This document shows, piece after piece, positions 11,981 to 21,130 of a stretch of 64,000 nt of DNA. The notes below the pieces were generated by a model, which had not been told where the DNA came from, did not search any database, and worked only from the letters and a program-made list of their open reading frames with translations. This DNA comes from a virus. The position numbers and the translations under genes are program-made. The DNA lies in IMG/VR virus record IMGVR_UViG_3300026097_000015, positions 37,545 through 101,544 of that record; one strand, given 5' to 3'. Each line of letters starts with the position of its first letter. Position 1 is the stretch's first letter.

Positions 11981-12700
11981 TTAACAGTCTTCGTAAAGCA
12001 AATCAATTGTTTCTGGAAATGCTTGCCTAGTTAGATTAAGAACAGCCTCAGCATATTCTCTAATTTCGCTTTGTGCATCATGAGGCATTCTTTGGTCCAG
12101 AAATGTAAGGACACCTTGCAGAGACACTGTCCACCTGTATCTTACGTACATGCCATACGCAGGTAAGAACAGCCTGGCAATTTCTGGTGCTACACCTTGC
12201 TCCATAGCACTTTGATACGCCTCTTCTCCAAGCCTTACGACCTCTTCTAGTCTGTCTGTAAGCCTCTGGCCAGCACTAGAATCTAATGGTGCTCCAGAAC
12301 CCTGCTTACTATTTTCAGGCTTAGAACGCCACTCAGAGGCTTGTGGGATGTAGAACTCTTCATCTTCTGTAATGTAACGCCTAGATGATTCGTTCCATCC
12401 ATTTTGATCATCAATGTGGGACGAGGCTACAGCATACTTCCACCATTGCCTAGCTACAAAAAGCGGAGCATAAACTTCAAAAGTAAGTGCAGCATGTCTA
12501 AAAGGACTAGTATGCTTTTCACGTAGCAAGAACTTCAACAGCTTTGCATCTTTTTCATCAAATTCATTCTTTTCTTTATCGTAAGATACCCTAGCAGCAT
12601 TCACTACGGCCAAGTCATCGCCTAGCATGTCTACTAGTCTTACGTAGCCCTTGTCTAAGACCTTGATTGGCTCTGGACTTTCCCTAATATAAACTGTCAT
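11981..12700 (-). CDS. thyX: Flavin-dependent thymidylate synthase
   Basis: VNAARVSY, HTSPF, PLFVARQW, WNESSRRY, AQSEIREYA. Confidence 0.95.
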   Translation of the reverse strand: MTVYIRESPEPIKVLDKGYVRLVDMLGDDLAVVNAARVSYDKEKNEFDEKDAKLLKFLLREKHTSPFRHAALTFEVYAPLFVARQWWKYAVASSHIDDQNGWNESSRRYITEDEEFYIPQASEWRSKPENSKQGSGAPLDSSAGQRLTDRLEEVVRLGEEAYQSAMEQGVAPEIARLFLPAYGMYVRYRWTVSLQGVLTFLDQRMPHDAQSEIREYAEAVLNLTRQAFPETIDLLYEDC

Positions 12701-12891
12701 TTGTGTTTGTCCCTATTCCCTGCACCTCTATTTAAGCCATAGATATATCCTGCCTGCCAGACTTTTAGGTCATGCTCTCCAGGAGGGGATTGCAGTCCAG
12801 ACATCCAGTCTTCCATATCCTGCTTTGCTTTTCGAATGGTTGCAGCAGTCTCTTTGTTGTATTTTCTTTGTTGCATTCTACGATTACTCAA
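12697..12891 (-). CDS. Small hypothetical protein (paralogue of 15102..15284)
   Basis: AKQDMEDWM...WQAGYIYGLNRG. Confidence 0.7.
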   Translation of the reverse strand: MSNRRMQQRKYNKETAATIRKAKQDMEDWMSGLQSPPGEHDLKVWQAGYIYGLNRGAGNRDKHK

Positions 12892-13165
12892 CGTCCAACA
12901 CCGCCAATATGTCCTTGTACGGGATTAGAACATAGTCTTCGTAATCTACCCCAGAAAACTTGGAGTACGTCACCTTGTCTCCTGGTTTGAGATCTATCTC
13001 TAGCTTGCTACCATTAGGAAACACCAAGCCAGGACCAACAGCCTCCACAATCGCCTCTGACGGCTTTTCGTCATTCATACCAGTTAGCACTAGGCCAGAG
13101 CTTGAAAGCTGCTCCTCATCCTTAACAGGTTTTAGCAAAACCTTGTCTTCAAATGGCTTAATCAT
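12884..13165 (-). CDS. groES: Co-chaperonin GroES
   Basis: IKPFEDKVL, SSGLVL mobile loop, AVGPG, GDKVTYSKFSG, DILAV. Confidence 0.93.
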   Translation of the reverse strand: MIKPFEDKVLLKPVKDEEQLSSSGLVLTGMNDEKPSEAIVEAVGPGLVFPNGSKLEIDLKPGDKVTYSKFSGVDYEDYVLIPYKDILAVLDVE

Positions 13166-13189
13166 TTTTACCCACCTTATATTGTTTAT

Positions 13190-13411
13190 TTAATTAGCTA
13201 GACCATCTAGCCTATCTGGCTGGAATCCAGACCAGGAATCGTTATCTGTAATGACAACAGGAGCAGCCATAAAACCTAAATTAAGAATCTTATCTAATGC
13301 ATCTGGATTCTTTGATATATCTATCGTATCGTACTCCAGGCCAGCTTTATCTAAATGTCTTTTTGTAGCGTCGCACTGGACGCAGGCAGGCTTTGTGTAT
13401 ACCGTTATCAT
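13190..13411 (-). CDS. nrdH: Glutaredoxin-like NrdH
   Basis: YTKPACVQC, APVV, WSGFQPD. Confidence 0.95.
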   Translation of the reverse strand: MITVYTKPACVQCDATKRHLDKAGLEYDTIDISKNPDALDKILNLGFMAAPVVITDNDSWSGFQPDRLDGLAN

Positions 13412-13441
13412 TTATCTCCTTGTTAAAATATATTAGGGTCA

Positions 13442-13470
13442 ATTATACCGTTTATTGCCTCGGTTGTCAA
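13442..13470 (-). promoter_or_regulatory. Consensus SigA promoter for nrdH-groES-thyX
   Basis: TTGACA-N17-TATAAT on the minus strand. Confidence 0.85.
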
Positions 13471-13472
13471 AA

Positions 13473-14189
13473 CTATATACGCCAACCCATACCAATTAGC
13501 TCTAGCAACAGGTCTGTCTTGTCGTAGCTACCAGCTTTTACACTCTTGAACAGTGCTACCCTATCGGAGCCACCTATAACTACATCAGGGGTCTCCATGT
13601 ACTTCAGCTTCCAGCCTTTTCTTTTAAGCTTATGATCAACATAATAAGACATCCACAAATCTTCTATTTTTAACGCACCTGCGGGGTAGTTGTAAACAAG
13701 ATCATCCTCAAGAAAAAGCTTTGCATCAACCATAGAAATACCAGTTCCACAATACTTAATTTTGTATTTATTGGACCAGACTCTTTCACGATCTCTATAG
13801 TAATTTTTACCGTATAGTCTCCAGGCAAATCCAGATTTATACGTTTTGGGCTCCCATTGAGACAAAACCTTTTCTACGTAGGTTTCGGGGAAGCTAATGT
13901 CATCATCAATAAATAAAATAGCCTTATATTTATGTTTAGCAAGATAACGCCCTATAAATAATCTTCGAAAAGCAAAGTAATCATTGCCATCATGGCTCAC
14001 CCAGATGTTTAACTGACCATTAAAAGATCTAGCCGTTTCTTCAACCTTATTTTTATACTTGTCATTTGAGTTTGAGATATATACATCAAAATTCTGATAA
14101 GTTTGTCTAGAAAGCTTATTCAGGGTATTCCTAAGAGCTGGTATTCTTTGCCAGGTAAGTAAAACCACTGCCACATCTTTCCCCATCAA
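13473..14189 (-). CDS. Glycosyltransferase, GT-A/GT2-like
   Basis: LLTWQR, FIDDD (DxD), IEDLWMS. Confidence 0.85.
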   Translation of the reverse strand: MMGKDVAVVLLTWQRIPALRNTLNKLSRQTYQNFDVYISNSNDKYKNKVEETARSFNGQLNIWVSHDGNDYFAFRRLFIGRYLAKHKYKAILFIDDDISFPETYVEKVLSQWEPKTYKSGFAWRLYGKNYYRDRERVWSNKYKIKYCGTGISMVDAKLFLEDDLVYNYPAGALKIEDLWMSYYVDHKLKRKGWKLKYMETPDVVIGGSDRVALFKSVKAGSYDKTDLLLELIGMGWRI

Positions 14190-14338
14190 AACAGATCTTC
14201 CTCTATATCTTCATTAAACTGTATTACCGATATCCTGTATTCACAGGCTGTGCATTTTTCTATAAAGTTTGTAATGTCTTTGCCAGCTATCTTTGTAACA
14301 AGATCAAAGACTAGCTCAGATTTGCAAACAGGACACAT
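14186..14338 (-). CDS. Small zinc-ribbon protein (50 aa, missing from ORF track)
   Basis: MCPVC...CTAC; TGCTATAAT promoter just upstream. Confidence 0.55.
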   Translation of the reverse strand: MCPVCKSELVFDLVTKIAGKDITNFIEKCTACEYRISVIQFNEDIEEDLF

Positions 14339-14359
14339 CCTTTAATTATAGCATTAACC

Positions 14360-15094
14360 TTAAGCTATGCGTTTGACATCTTTAACATTACCTTCAAAGT
14401 TTTCGTAAAGATCATTGACGCCAGATATCTTGGCCAGCTTTTTACGAGTATTCTTAATATATCTTGCCCTAGCTGCCGAACGCTCAGGTATTTGGACAGT
14501 TAAATTATTCTCATGGATATAGGAAATGCCAAGAACTGTCTTACAATTGCGTGTAGTTAAATCATTTAGTTTATTAAACTCTCGTAATCTTGTCCAGTAC
14601 TCCCAGTCTCCCCCAAACCTCACTTGCTCAAAATATCCTATGCCATCAAACACCTCTTTTTTAAAAAGTGCATGAGCCATTGTGGTTATGTCTGTAATCT
14701 CTTTGCTGTCCGAGAGCCTGGTCCTGGTAAAGGTATCTCCCACACCCACAACGTTTTTATCTAAATACTTTATTAAGGTTGCATAGCGATGTTCGAAAGA
14801 AACATCATCAGCATCGTGTGTTGTGAAGTAGCTCCAACGTTCTTTGCTGCCAATTAAAAGCCCCATGTTCCTGGAGTAATACGCTCCTTGATTTTTTTTA
14901 TTAGAATAAACAGAAACCCTTGAGTCTTTTTTCGCATAACTCTTTGCTATCTTGACGGTCTTGTCCGCAGAGCAATCATCAATAACTATAAGCTTAAGAT
15001 GCCTATAGGTTTGATTTAAGATACTTTCAATAGCCCGTCCAATAGTTTCCTCAGAGTTATATGCTGGCATCACAACAAGGATTGTTTTCTTCAT
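14360..15094 (-). CDS. Glycosyltransferase family 2
   Basis: VMPAYN, IDDCS, GAYYSRN, HDADD, GDWEY. Confidence 0.92.
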   Translation of the reverse strand: MKKTILVVMPAYNSEETIGRAIESILNQTYRHLKLIVIDDCSADKTVKIAKSYAKKDSRVSVYSNKKNQGAYYSRNMGLLIGSKERWSYFTTHDADDVSFEHRYATLIKYLDKNVVGVGDTFTRTRLSDSKEITDITTMAHALFKKEVFDGIGYFEQVRFGGDWEYWTRLREFNKLNDLTTRNCKTVLGISYIHENNLTVQIPERSAARARYIKNTRKKLAKISGVNDLYENFEGNVKDVKRIA

Positions 15095-15101
15095 TAAATA
15101 A

Positions 15102-15284
15102 TTAGACTTCTTCTACTTCTGTTACTACCTTAGACTCGGAGATACCACGCTGAACCCCAGCGATGTATCCTTCTTGCCAGGCCTTGATAGCTTGCTCGTT
15201 AGTGTCACGAGATGCCTGTGCCATCCAAGATTGGAGATCTTGTTGAGCGTGCTCCATTACTCTCTGTGTTTCTTTGTCATGCAT
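15102..15284 (-). CDS. Small hypothetical protein (paralogue of 12697..12891)
   Basis: AQQDLQSWM...WQEGYIAGVQRG. Confidence 0.7.
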   Translation of the reverse strand: MHDKETQRVMEHAQQDLQSWMAQASRDTNEQAIKAWQEGYIAGVQRGISESKVVTEVEEV

Positions 15285-15298
15285 TTTCTCATACCCTT

Positions 15299-15967
15299 CT
15301 AGTATCTTACGTATACTACATTACTATCTTCTATGTTAGCAAACTCTTGTATAGAACGCAACTCTGTGTTTTTCTCAACATTGGCGGTATGCACCATCAG
15401 ACCTCCGCCAACATAAACTCCAATGTGAAAATAGCTAGAGGCACCAAGCTTTTGAAAACCTACTAAGTCTCCTGCAATAGGAGTCTTAACCCTTGTACCA
15501 TTAACAACTTGAGAAGTTGCAGAGTGCTCCACTTCAATTCCCTGTCCCTGCAGATACCACTTAGTAAGTCCAGAGCAATCCCAAATCTCAGGCGTGGCCC
15601 CAAATCCATAGGGAGCAACGCCTACCTGGGCTATTAGTTTTGAAATCTCTCTATCTCTAATTTCCTGTTTAGATATAAACAGATTACTTTCTGCCCATTC
15701 ATTCATCCTGATAGTATTCTGCTTTTCTGCCTCCAAGCGAATTTCCGCTTCTCTAACCTTACGCTCGCCTTCTTTTTCTAGAATAATCTTGTCTAGATCA
15801 TCTAGCTGAGTCCTAATTTCGGGGGATGTAGGCTCAACAAATTCTTTAACATAAACAATGTTTAAGTTATTAGAGTTACCCTGGATTGCATCTGCATTAA
15901 CAGATGACCCAGTAAGCACAAATATGCTGAGCACAGCGGTAAAGTTAAGTATATTTTCTTTAATCAT
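15299..15967 (-). CDS. Secreted NlpC/P60 peptidoglycan peptidase
   Basis: Signal peptide; PYGFG..WDCSGL, GDLV, HIGVYVGGGLMVH. Confidence 0.9.
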   Translation of the reverse strand: MIKENILNFTAVLSIFVLTGSSVNADAIQGNSNNLNIVYVKEFVEPTSPEIRTQLDDLDKIILEKEGERKVREAEIRLEAEKQNTIRMNEWAESNLFISKQEIRDREISKLIAQVGVAPYGFGATPEIWDCSGLTKWYLQGQGIEVEHSATSQVVNGTRVKTPIAGDLVGFQKLGASSYFHIGVYVGGGLMVHTANVEKNTELRSIQEFANIEDSNVVYVRY

Positions 15968-16124
15968 AATAAATTATTTCTGAGTAAACCTGTGTCCAGA
16001 TTGGTGAAGATGAAAGGCTATCCTGGCATCTAGTTCCTGAAAGTTAATCCCTCGAAGAACTTCTCCACAAATACAGGTAACTGACAATGAAAATCTCCTT
16101 AGACTTTATATTTTTTATATTGTA

Positions 16125-16328
16125 CTACAGCTCACGAAGGTCGTCAAGCAAATTATCGTGAGTATTTTCATCAGTGATCTTATTAATAAGGCTTTCTAGA
16201 AATGACTCTCTTCTAAACTGTGCCATAATTTCTTTGCCAGTTACTTTATATTCAAGCTTGCCGTTTTCATCGTCATAAGATAAGGTGTAGACCCTGTCCT
16301 CAAAAATAGGATATTCTTCATTAAACAT
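16125..16328 (-). CDS. Hypothetical protein
   Basis: ATG 8 nt after TATAAT (leaderless-like). Confidence 0.65.
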   Translation of the reverse strand: MFNEEYPIFEDRVYTLSYDDENGKLEYKVTGKEIMAQFRRESFLESLINKITDENTHDNLLDDLREL

Positions 16329-16354
16329 AGACTACTATTATACATCAAAAACGT

Positions 16355-16383
16355 TTGACAATGTGTACAAAATAACATATAAT
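16355..16383 (+). promoter_or_regulatory. Consensus SigA promoter
   Basis: TTGACA-N17-TATAAT; ATG 6 nt downstream. Confidence 0.85.
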
Positions 16384-16389
16384 ATTATT

Positions 16390-16533
16390 ATGCATTCAAC
16401 AGACGATATGGAATCTGCCTATTACGAAGGCGTACAGGCAGAAAGAGAACGTATCCTAGAGCTAATTGAGCTATGGCTTGGAGACGACGGCCTAGAGTTT
16501 GATGACATTCACCCAGAGATATTGAACGGTTAG
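16390..16533 (+). CDS. Small leaderless protein (EGxxxERERI motif; missing from ORF track)
   Basis: MHSTDDMESAYYEGVQAERERILELIE... Confidence 0.65.
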   Translation: MHSTDDMESAYYEGVQAERERILELIELWLGDDGLEFDDIHPEILNG

Positions 16534-16763
16534 AAGATATGGAAAAAGATACTAGCTACCTGGACGAACAGTTGGCAGAAATAAATAAAATTTTAGACGA
16601 AGTAGATAAAGAGCTACAGTTTGTCAGCAGGGGTATCGAAGAAGTAGAGATGAGTACCAAACTACTTAGCGTAGAGATTGATTACAATTTAGACTTTTTA
16701 GAATAAAGACTTGCAATTAGGCTTTGACTTCGATATACTGTATAAAGGTATAGAGAGGCGTAG

Positions 16764-17009
16764 ATGCAGGTGGATTTATTCAACTATTACGGATTAGACT
16801 GGCTGTCCATGCTATTTGGATTTTATGGTATGTGGCTGTTAGGCAAAAAGCGTAAAGTTAGTTTTATTTTTACGGGTATCGGAATGGCTCTAGCACTTAC
16901 TGTTGCTGTGATGGCAAGTCAGTATGGCTTTATGGTTGCCAACTCCATTATGATCGGACTCTCTACAAGAAACTATATACTTTGGTATAAAGAAGACAAG
17001 GTTAACTAG
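16764..17009 (+). CDS. PnuC-like short three-TM membrane protein
   Basis: DWLSMLFGFYGMWLLGKKRKV pattern, three TM helices. Confidence 0.55.
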   Translation: MQVDLFNYYGLDWLSMLFGFYGMWLLGKKRKVSFIFTGIGMALALTVAVMASQYGFMVANSIMIGLSTRNYILWYKEDKVN

Positions 17010-17110
17010 AAGAGGAGCGTAATGTTTCCAGAAATGCAAGCATTGTTAGGAACCGCCTGGGCATATTGGTTGTCCTTTGGGGCACTACTTATTTGGTGGG
17101 GAGCGTATAA

Positions 17111-17359
17111 ATGGCTAAGGAAATAGATTTTGACGAGTGGCTACAGACTGGCTACGACCAAGGCTGGATAGGCCCACCAGTTTGTGAAACTCATGATGGT
17201 CTGCCGATGTCTATAGCAGAGGATTATGCGTTTGAAGAGGGTGAAGACCCTTGCATTCATATCCTGAGGCTATACGAAGACAAAATAGATAAGCAACAAG
17301 TAGAAGATGGCCACTCGCCTTCACAGTGGAGGGCATCCAACATGGGGCTTAAAAAATGA
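17111..17359 (+). CDS. Hypothetical protein
   Basis: PPVCETHDG...DPCIH; GGAG SD. Confidence 0.7.
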   Translation: MAKEIDFDEWLQTGYDQGWIGPPVCETHDGLPMSIAEDYAFEEGEDPCIHILRLYEDKIDKQQVEDGHSPSQWRASNMGLKK

Positions 17360-17571
17360 CATTCTTAATGGCCAACAAAGATACATACATAACAAGTATG
17401 AAGGACGATGACCACGATCTCTTGATTGAAGAGGGTGGCTTCCTATTTCATATTACATCAGATAGGCAAACAAAATATTTAGAGCCTAGAGAGGTAGCTT
17501 TGTACTCTCCTGAGAATAACCTGGGGGTAAGCTACGGTTACGAGGGGGACTGGGATGAGTTTAATCTATAA
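17356..17571 (+). CDS. Hypothetical protein
   Basis: Coupled ORF. Confidence 0.6.
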   Translation: MTFLMANKDTYITSMKDDDHDLLIEEGGFLFHITSDRQTKYLEPREVALYSPENNLGVSYGYEGDWDEFNL

Positions 17572-17642
17572 GATAGAAAGAACTCTATGTCCTAAATGTC
17601 ATAGGCTCATGATAGCCTATGTTGACAGAGAAAATGTAGAAT

Positions 17643-17861
17643 ATGAATGCATATACAAGGAGTGCAAAGATGAATGAACAGCCAATAAACATACATAGAT
17701 ATATTAATTTAGGGTTTAGGTGGTTGCATTATATCCACTATACCCCCAAGTCTTACAGCACGTCTCACTGGGGATGGATGACAACGACGTTCAAAGATCC
17801 ATCAATTGATTTTTATTTTGGTAAGCATGTGTTTGTGTTTACCCTAAGGAAGAAAGATTAG
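17643..17861 (+). CDS. Hypothetical protein (start may be ATG 17670)
   Basis: AGGAG SD precedes the second ATG. Confidence 0.55.
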   Translation: MNAYTRSAKMNEQPINIHRYINLGFRWLHYIHYTPKSYSTSHWGWMTTTFKDPSIDFYFGKHVFVFTLRKKD

Positions 17862-17915
17862 TAACTTATAGGTTACATCTGTTAATGTAACGTATAGGTG
17901 ACATAAAGGACGATA

Positions 17916-18284
17916 ATGCCATTACATGTAGACATTAAGATTAATGAACGCCTAATCAACACAATATATATTGGTCGTATGCGTGGGGGAACAAGGCCAG
18001 ACGATGTCAATGACTACCTTGTTGTTGAAGGGGATAAGCCACTAAGCCTAGAAGACTGGCATAAGAATGGATTCTCATACACTCATCGGTATGGTGATGG
18101 AGCAGAGACATGCGTTCTTAAAGGTTTGCAAGCTTTGGGGTACGATAGTGCTGTCCCAGCGGCCACTGTCCAGGAACACGAACCTACCGACAAAACAGCA
18201 GGGGGATTTTTAAATATCTGCACATGTGGAGAACCTGTAGATGATTACAGAGAACATCTAGCTGAAAAAATTGGGGAGGTCTAG
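17916..18284 (+). CDS. Hypothetical protein
   Basis: AAGGA SD; HRYGDGA motif; C-terminal CxC..H. Confidence 0.7.
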   Translation: MPLHVDIKINERLINTIYIGRMRGGTRPDDVNDYLVVEGDKPLSLEDWHKNGFSYTHRYGDGAETCVLKGLQALGYDSAVPAATVQEHEPTDKTAGGFLNICTCGEPVDDYREHLAEKIGEV

Positions 18285-18285
18285 G

Positions 18286-18465
18286 ATGAGCATTGAACAA
18301 AAATTATATTGGACCAAGGGGTACGAAGCTGGTGTTAAAGATACAGAAGAAAGAACTATAAAACTGTTAGAGGATGAACTTGAACATGATTGGGATGATA
18401 TTACAGTCACAAGAGATGCAATCATCAGGTCACTAATCGCACTAATCAAAGGAGGGCAGAAGTGA
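18286..18465 (+). CDS. Small hypothetical protein
   Basis: GGAGG SD before ATG 18286; KGYEAG..EERTIKLLE. Confidence 0.65.
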   Translation: MSIEQKLYWTKGYEAGVKDTEERTIKLLEDELEHDWDDITVTRDAIIRSLIALIKGGQK

Positions 18466-18800
18466 GCTTTGCAAGATTCAGTAATTCAGATATTTATATG
18501 TTTGAGCATGTAGGTGGCTTTATTGAGTGCTGTGGTTGTTGGTTTGTAGATTGGGATACAGAAATTTATCCTCAGCTAAAAACACCACGGGAAGCTTTGA
18601 CACATCTAGACTCTCACGAAAAAGCAGGGCATGACATAGGGAATGCTCGTAATAGAATTATAGACACGTATGATGATTTAGATATTAAAATAGATCCTTA
18701 CGTGACACCACCAGAAGTTATAGAAAGAGTTAGGCAAAAAATGAGGGCATCTCAAGAACATCCTCCACAACATTTTAGAGATAGGAGCAACGGTGAATGA
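18462..18800 (+). CDS. Hypothetical protein
   Basis: MSFARFS...IECCGC...HLDSH. Confidence 0.7.
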   Translation: MSFARFSNSDIYMFEHVGGFIECCGCWFVDWDTEIYPQLKTPREALTHLDSHEKAGHDIGNARNRIIDTYDDLDIKIDPYVTPPEVIERVRQKMRASQEHPPQHFRDRSNGE

Positions 18801-19008
18801 AAAAGAAAAGTCAATCAAAATACTAGAATCGTATTTTAAATTAATTAAAGAGTCTGAAGATAAGTCTGAAAATCCTGAATGGGATAGAGGATTCCAGGCA
18901 GCAATAGCATTAATAAAGTCGGAATATAATTGGAAGGATTCGTAATGGAGATATTGGCAGTATTGTCTTTAGTTGCCATGCTTTGGATAGCAGTTTGGTT
19001 TACAACTA

Positions 19009-19722
19009 ATGACAGATGATCTTTCAAACGTAGTAGCAGAAGAAGACTTTCAAACTTGGAGGATTTTTCCTAAGTATCGTAATCTTTTTAATAAGATGGA
19101 GATTGCGTTACAACAAGGCTTGAAGGCAGGACCTGCAGCGGTCAACCCTTTGCATGATGGCTACTATATTTCAAGACCTATTTATAATTTATACGGGATG
19201 GGCATAGGTGCCAAAAGGTTTTGGTACAGTGATGACATGTACAACCAATTACTTAACAATGATGTAGTTCCGCCTGGGCACTTCTGGTGTGAGTGGGTTG
19301 AAGGAGATCACCTGAGTATAGACTTTCATCGTGACCCCAAGACTAAGATATTCTACACACGCAGTGTCTGGCAGGGTAAGCATTACACAAGCGATAACCT
19401 AACACAGTTCTCGTCATGGACTAGATTAGATAGTGATATTCATCCTTACGACATTAAACTTAAACTACCCTGGAATGATGAAAAGATTACAGCAATAAAC
19501 TTAGAGTACAAAGGTAAATACGTAATAGAGGCACACCTTAGATTAGGTAATGACCCTTGGGATGACCTAGAGACTGGAACAGTAGTTACACCAGTATGGG
19601 ATGATGCAGAAATAGATCCATCCAAAGAGTTTCGGGGTAACCTTCATCAAGACATGGAAGCTTACAGTGCAAGTGGACACATATCAAATGTAAGAAAAGG
19701 ATACTACATAGATAGACCTTAA
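19009..19722 (+). CDS. ATP-grasp-like protein (tentative)
   Basis: SRPIYNLYGMGIG, WCEWVEGDHLSIDF, INLE, IEAHLR resemble ATP-grasp motifs. Confidence 0.5.
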   Translation: MTDDLSNVVAEEDFQTWRIFPKYRNLFNKMEIALQQGLKAGPAAVNPLHDGYYISRPIYNLYGMGIGAKRFWYSDDMYNQLLNNDVVPPGHFWCEWVEGDHLSIDFHRDPKTKIFYTRSVWQGKHYTSDNLTQFSSWTRLDSDIHPYDIKLKLPWNDEKITAINLEYKGKYVIEAHLRLGNDPWDDLETGTVVTPVWDDAEIDPSKEFRGNLHQDMEAYSASGHISNVRKGYYIDRP

Positions 19723-19730
19723 TTAAACAA

Positions 19731-19804
19731 GGGGTGGTAGCTCAGCTGGTTAGAGCAAACGACTCATAATCGTTCGGTCATGGGTTCAAGTTCCATCCAC
19801 CCCA
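19731..19804 (+). tRNA. tRNA(CAT), elongator Met or Ile2
   Basis: Acceptor GGGGTGG/CCACCCC, anticodon arm AACGA-CT-CAT-AA-TCGTT; no initiator GGG/CCC stem. Confidence 0.93.
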
Positions 19805-19837
19805 CTAAAACTGTAAAAGTGATACAATAGATAACTA

Positions 19838-20392
19838 ATGTATGAAATATCAATGCCAAGGTTTGAGGCAATCGTAATAAAAGATCTCATTTCAACAGCA
19901 ACAAACATTTTAGAGTATGGTTCTGGCGGTACAACTTATTACGCTTATCAAAATAATAAAACAGTAACTACAGTTGAAACAGACAAAAACTATTTAAATA
20001 ATCTTTTAGATACATGCAATCATTCAGATCTGATTAAGCCTATCCATGTAGACGTGGGGGAAACGACTGACTGGGGGTACTCTTTGGGATTGCCAGAAGG
20101 CTTCAACACAATCAGGCAATACATAAGAGTACCATGGGACATAGATGATTTTAATCTTGTCATTGTTGACGGTAGGTTTAGGGCAGCAACATTTATGTAT
20201 AGCTGGAACATGGCCAAGCCAGGGACTACCTTCTTCTGGGACGACTTCGTAAACAGAAACCACTACAAAGAAGTGCTACAGCATATTAACCCTGATGCAT
20301 ATGTTGGCAGGGCAGCTATATTCGTAAAAGAAGATAATTACTTTAAGTTCAGCGACGAAATGATTCATAAATACGTTAGTGATCAGCGTTAA
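19838..20392 (+). CDS. Class I SAM-dependent methyltransferase-like protein (glycan O-methyltransferase type)
   Basis: ILEYGSGGTT, TVETD, LVIVDGRFR, FWDD. Confidence 0.7.
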   Translation: MYEISMPRFEAIVIKDLISTATNILEYGSGGTTYYAYQNNKTVTTVETDKNYLNNLLDTCNHSDLIKPIHVDVGETTDWGYSLGLPEGFNTIRQYIRVPWDIDDFNLVIVDGRFRAATFMYSWNMAKPGTTFFWDDFVNRNHYKEVLQHINPDAYVGRAAIFVKEDNYFKFSDEMIHKYVSDQR

Positions 20393-20424
20393 AGCGAAGC
20401 GATAAAGTTCGGCGGTAAATAGAG
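20392..20424 (+). repeat. Left arm of 34-bp imperfect inverted repeat (partner 36085-36118)
   Basis: AAGCGAAGCGATAAAGTTCGGCGGT-AAATAGAG; 28/34 identical to the reverse complement of the partner. Confidence 0.7.
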
Positions 20425-20443
20425 TGCAATACAATCGAAACGA

Positions 20444-20472
20444 TTGACAAACTCTAATATCAGATGTATAAT
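20444..20472 (+). promoter_or_regulatory. Consensus SigA promoter
   Basis: TTGACA-N17-TATAAT. Confidence 0.85.
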
Positions 20473-20477
20473 ATATT

Positions 20478-20550
20478 CAGCATAGGCAATAGCTGAGCTA
20501 GAGGCCCTAGGGGAGTTTCGGACGAAGCTCTTCTAGGGTTCTCGTTATTT
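20478..20550 (+). ncRNA. Candidate two-hairpin small RNA or leader
   Basis: TCAGC/GCTGA hairpin, then ~18-bp stem with five G-U pairs. Confidence 0.45.
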
Positions 20551-20570
20551 AGATTTAGAAACGGTATAAA

Positions 20571-20765
20571 ATGGAAACAGCAATAACCACAGATGTAGAC
20601 ACAACAGTCTTCTATACAAAAGAAGATGTACAAGGATGGACTGTAGTAAAGAAATGTACAGAATGTAAGTTTGCAGTTTTCACTGGCAAGTCACAAGATG
20701 TAGATAAGTCTACTAAAACTATCAATGATATATTTGATAAAGGTCACAACTGCATAATTTTTTGA
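20571..20765 (+). CDS. Hypothetical protein (CxxC...HxC)
   Basis: ORF track. Confidence 0.55.
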   Translation: METAITTDVDTTVFYTKEDVQGWTVVKKCTECKFAVFTGKSQDVDKSTKTINDIFDKGHNCIIF

Positions 20766-21090
20766 GGGTCTACAACATAAGCATAGACAAATTCATACTC
20801 AATTGATGTATAGCAAGAATACCTATAAGAACACCAACTAATCTAAACCAAAAAAGAAATACGGGATTGGCCCTAATCTTTTCTTCTAGGTTTATATAGG
20901 AATATAGAAAACCTAAGATCAAACCTAATAGTGCAAATTCTGTCATATTCTAGTGTAACACACATAAATCTTTTGAAGGCTACGCCTTTATACCAAGATG
21001 ATTTGTTACCCTCGCAGAATTGATTCTATGGCTTCTGAGAGCTATTTTATAGCCATCGTAATGAAATAATATCTTACTGATTATAAAGCT

Positions 21091-21130
21091 ATGTGGAGGG
21101 AAGTGGAGTTATGTGGAGATATATGGATAA
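21091..21130 (+). repeat. Four 10-bp phased units (aTGTGGAG-like)
   Basis: atgtggaggg aagtggagtt atgtggagat atatggataa in AT-rich non-coding DNA. Confidence 0.6.
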
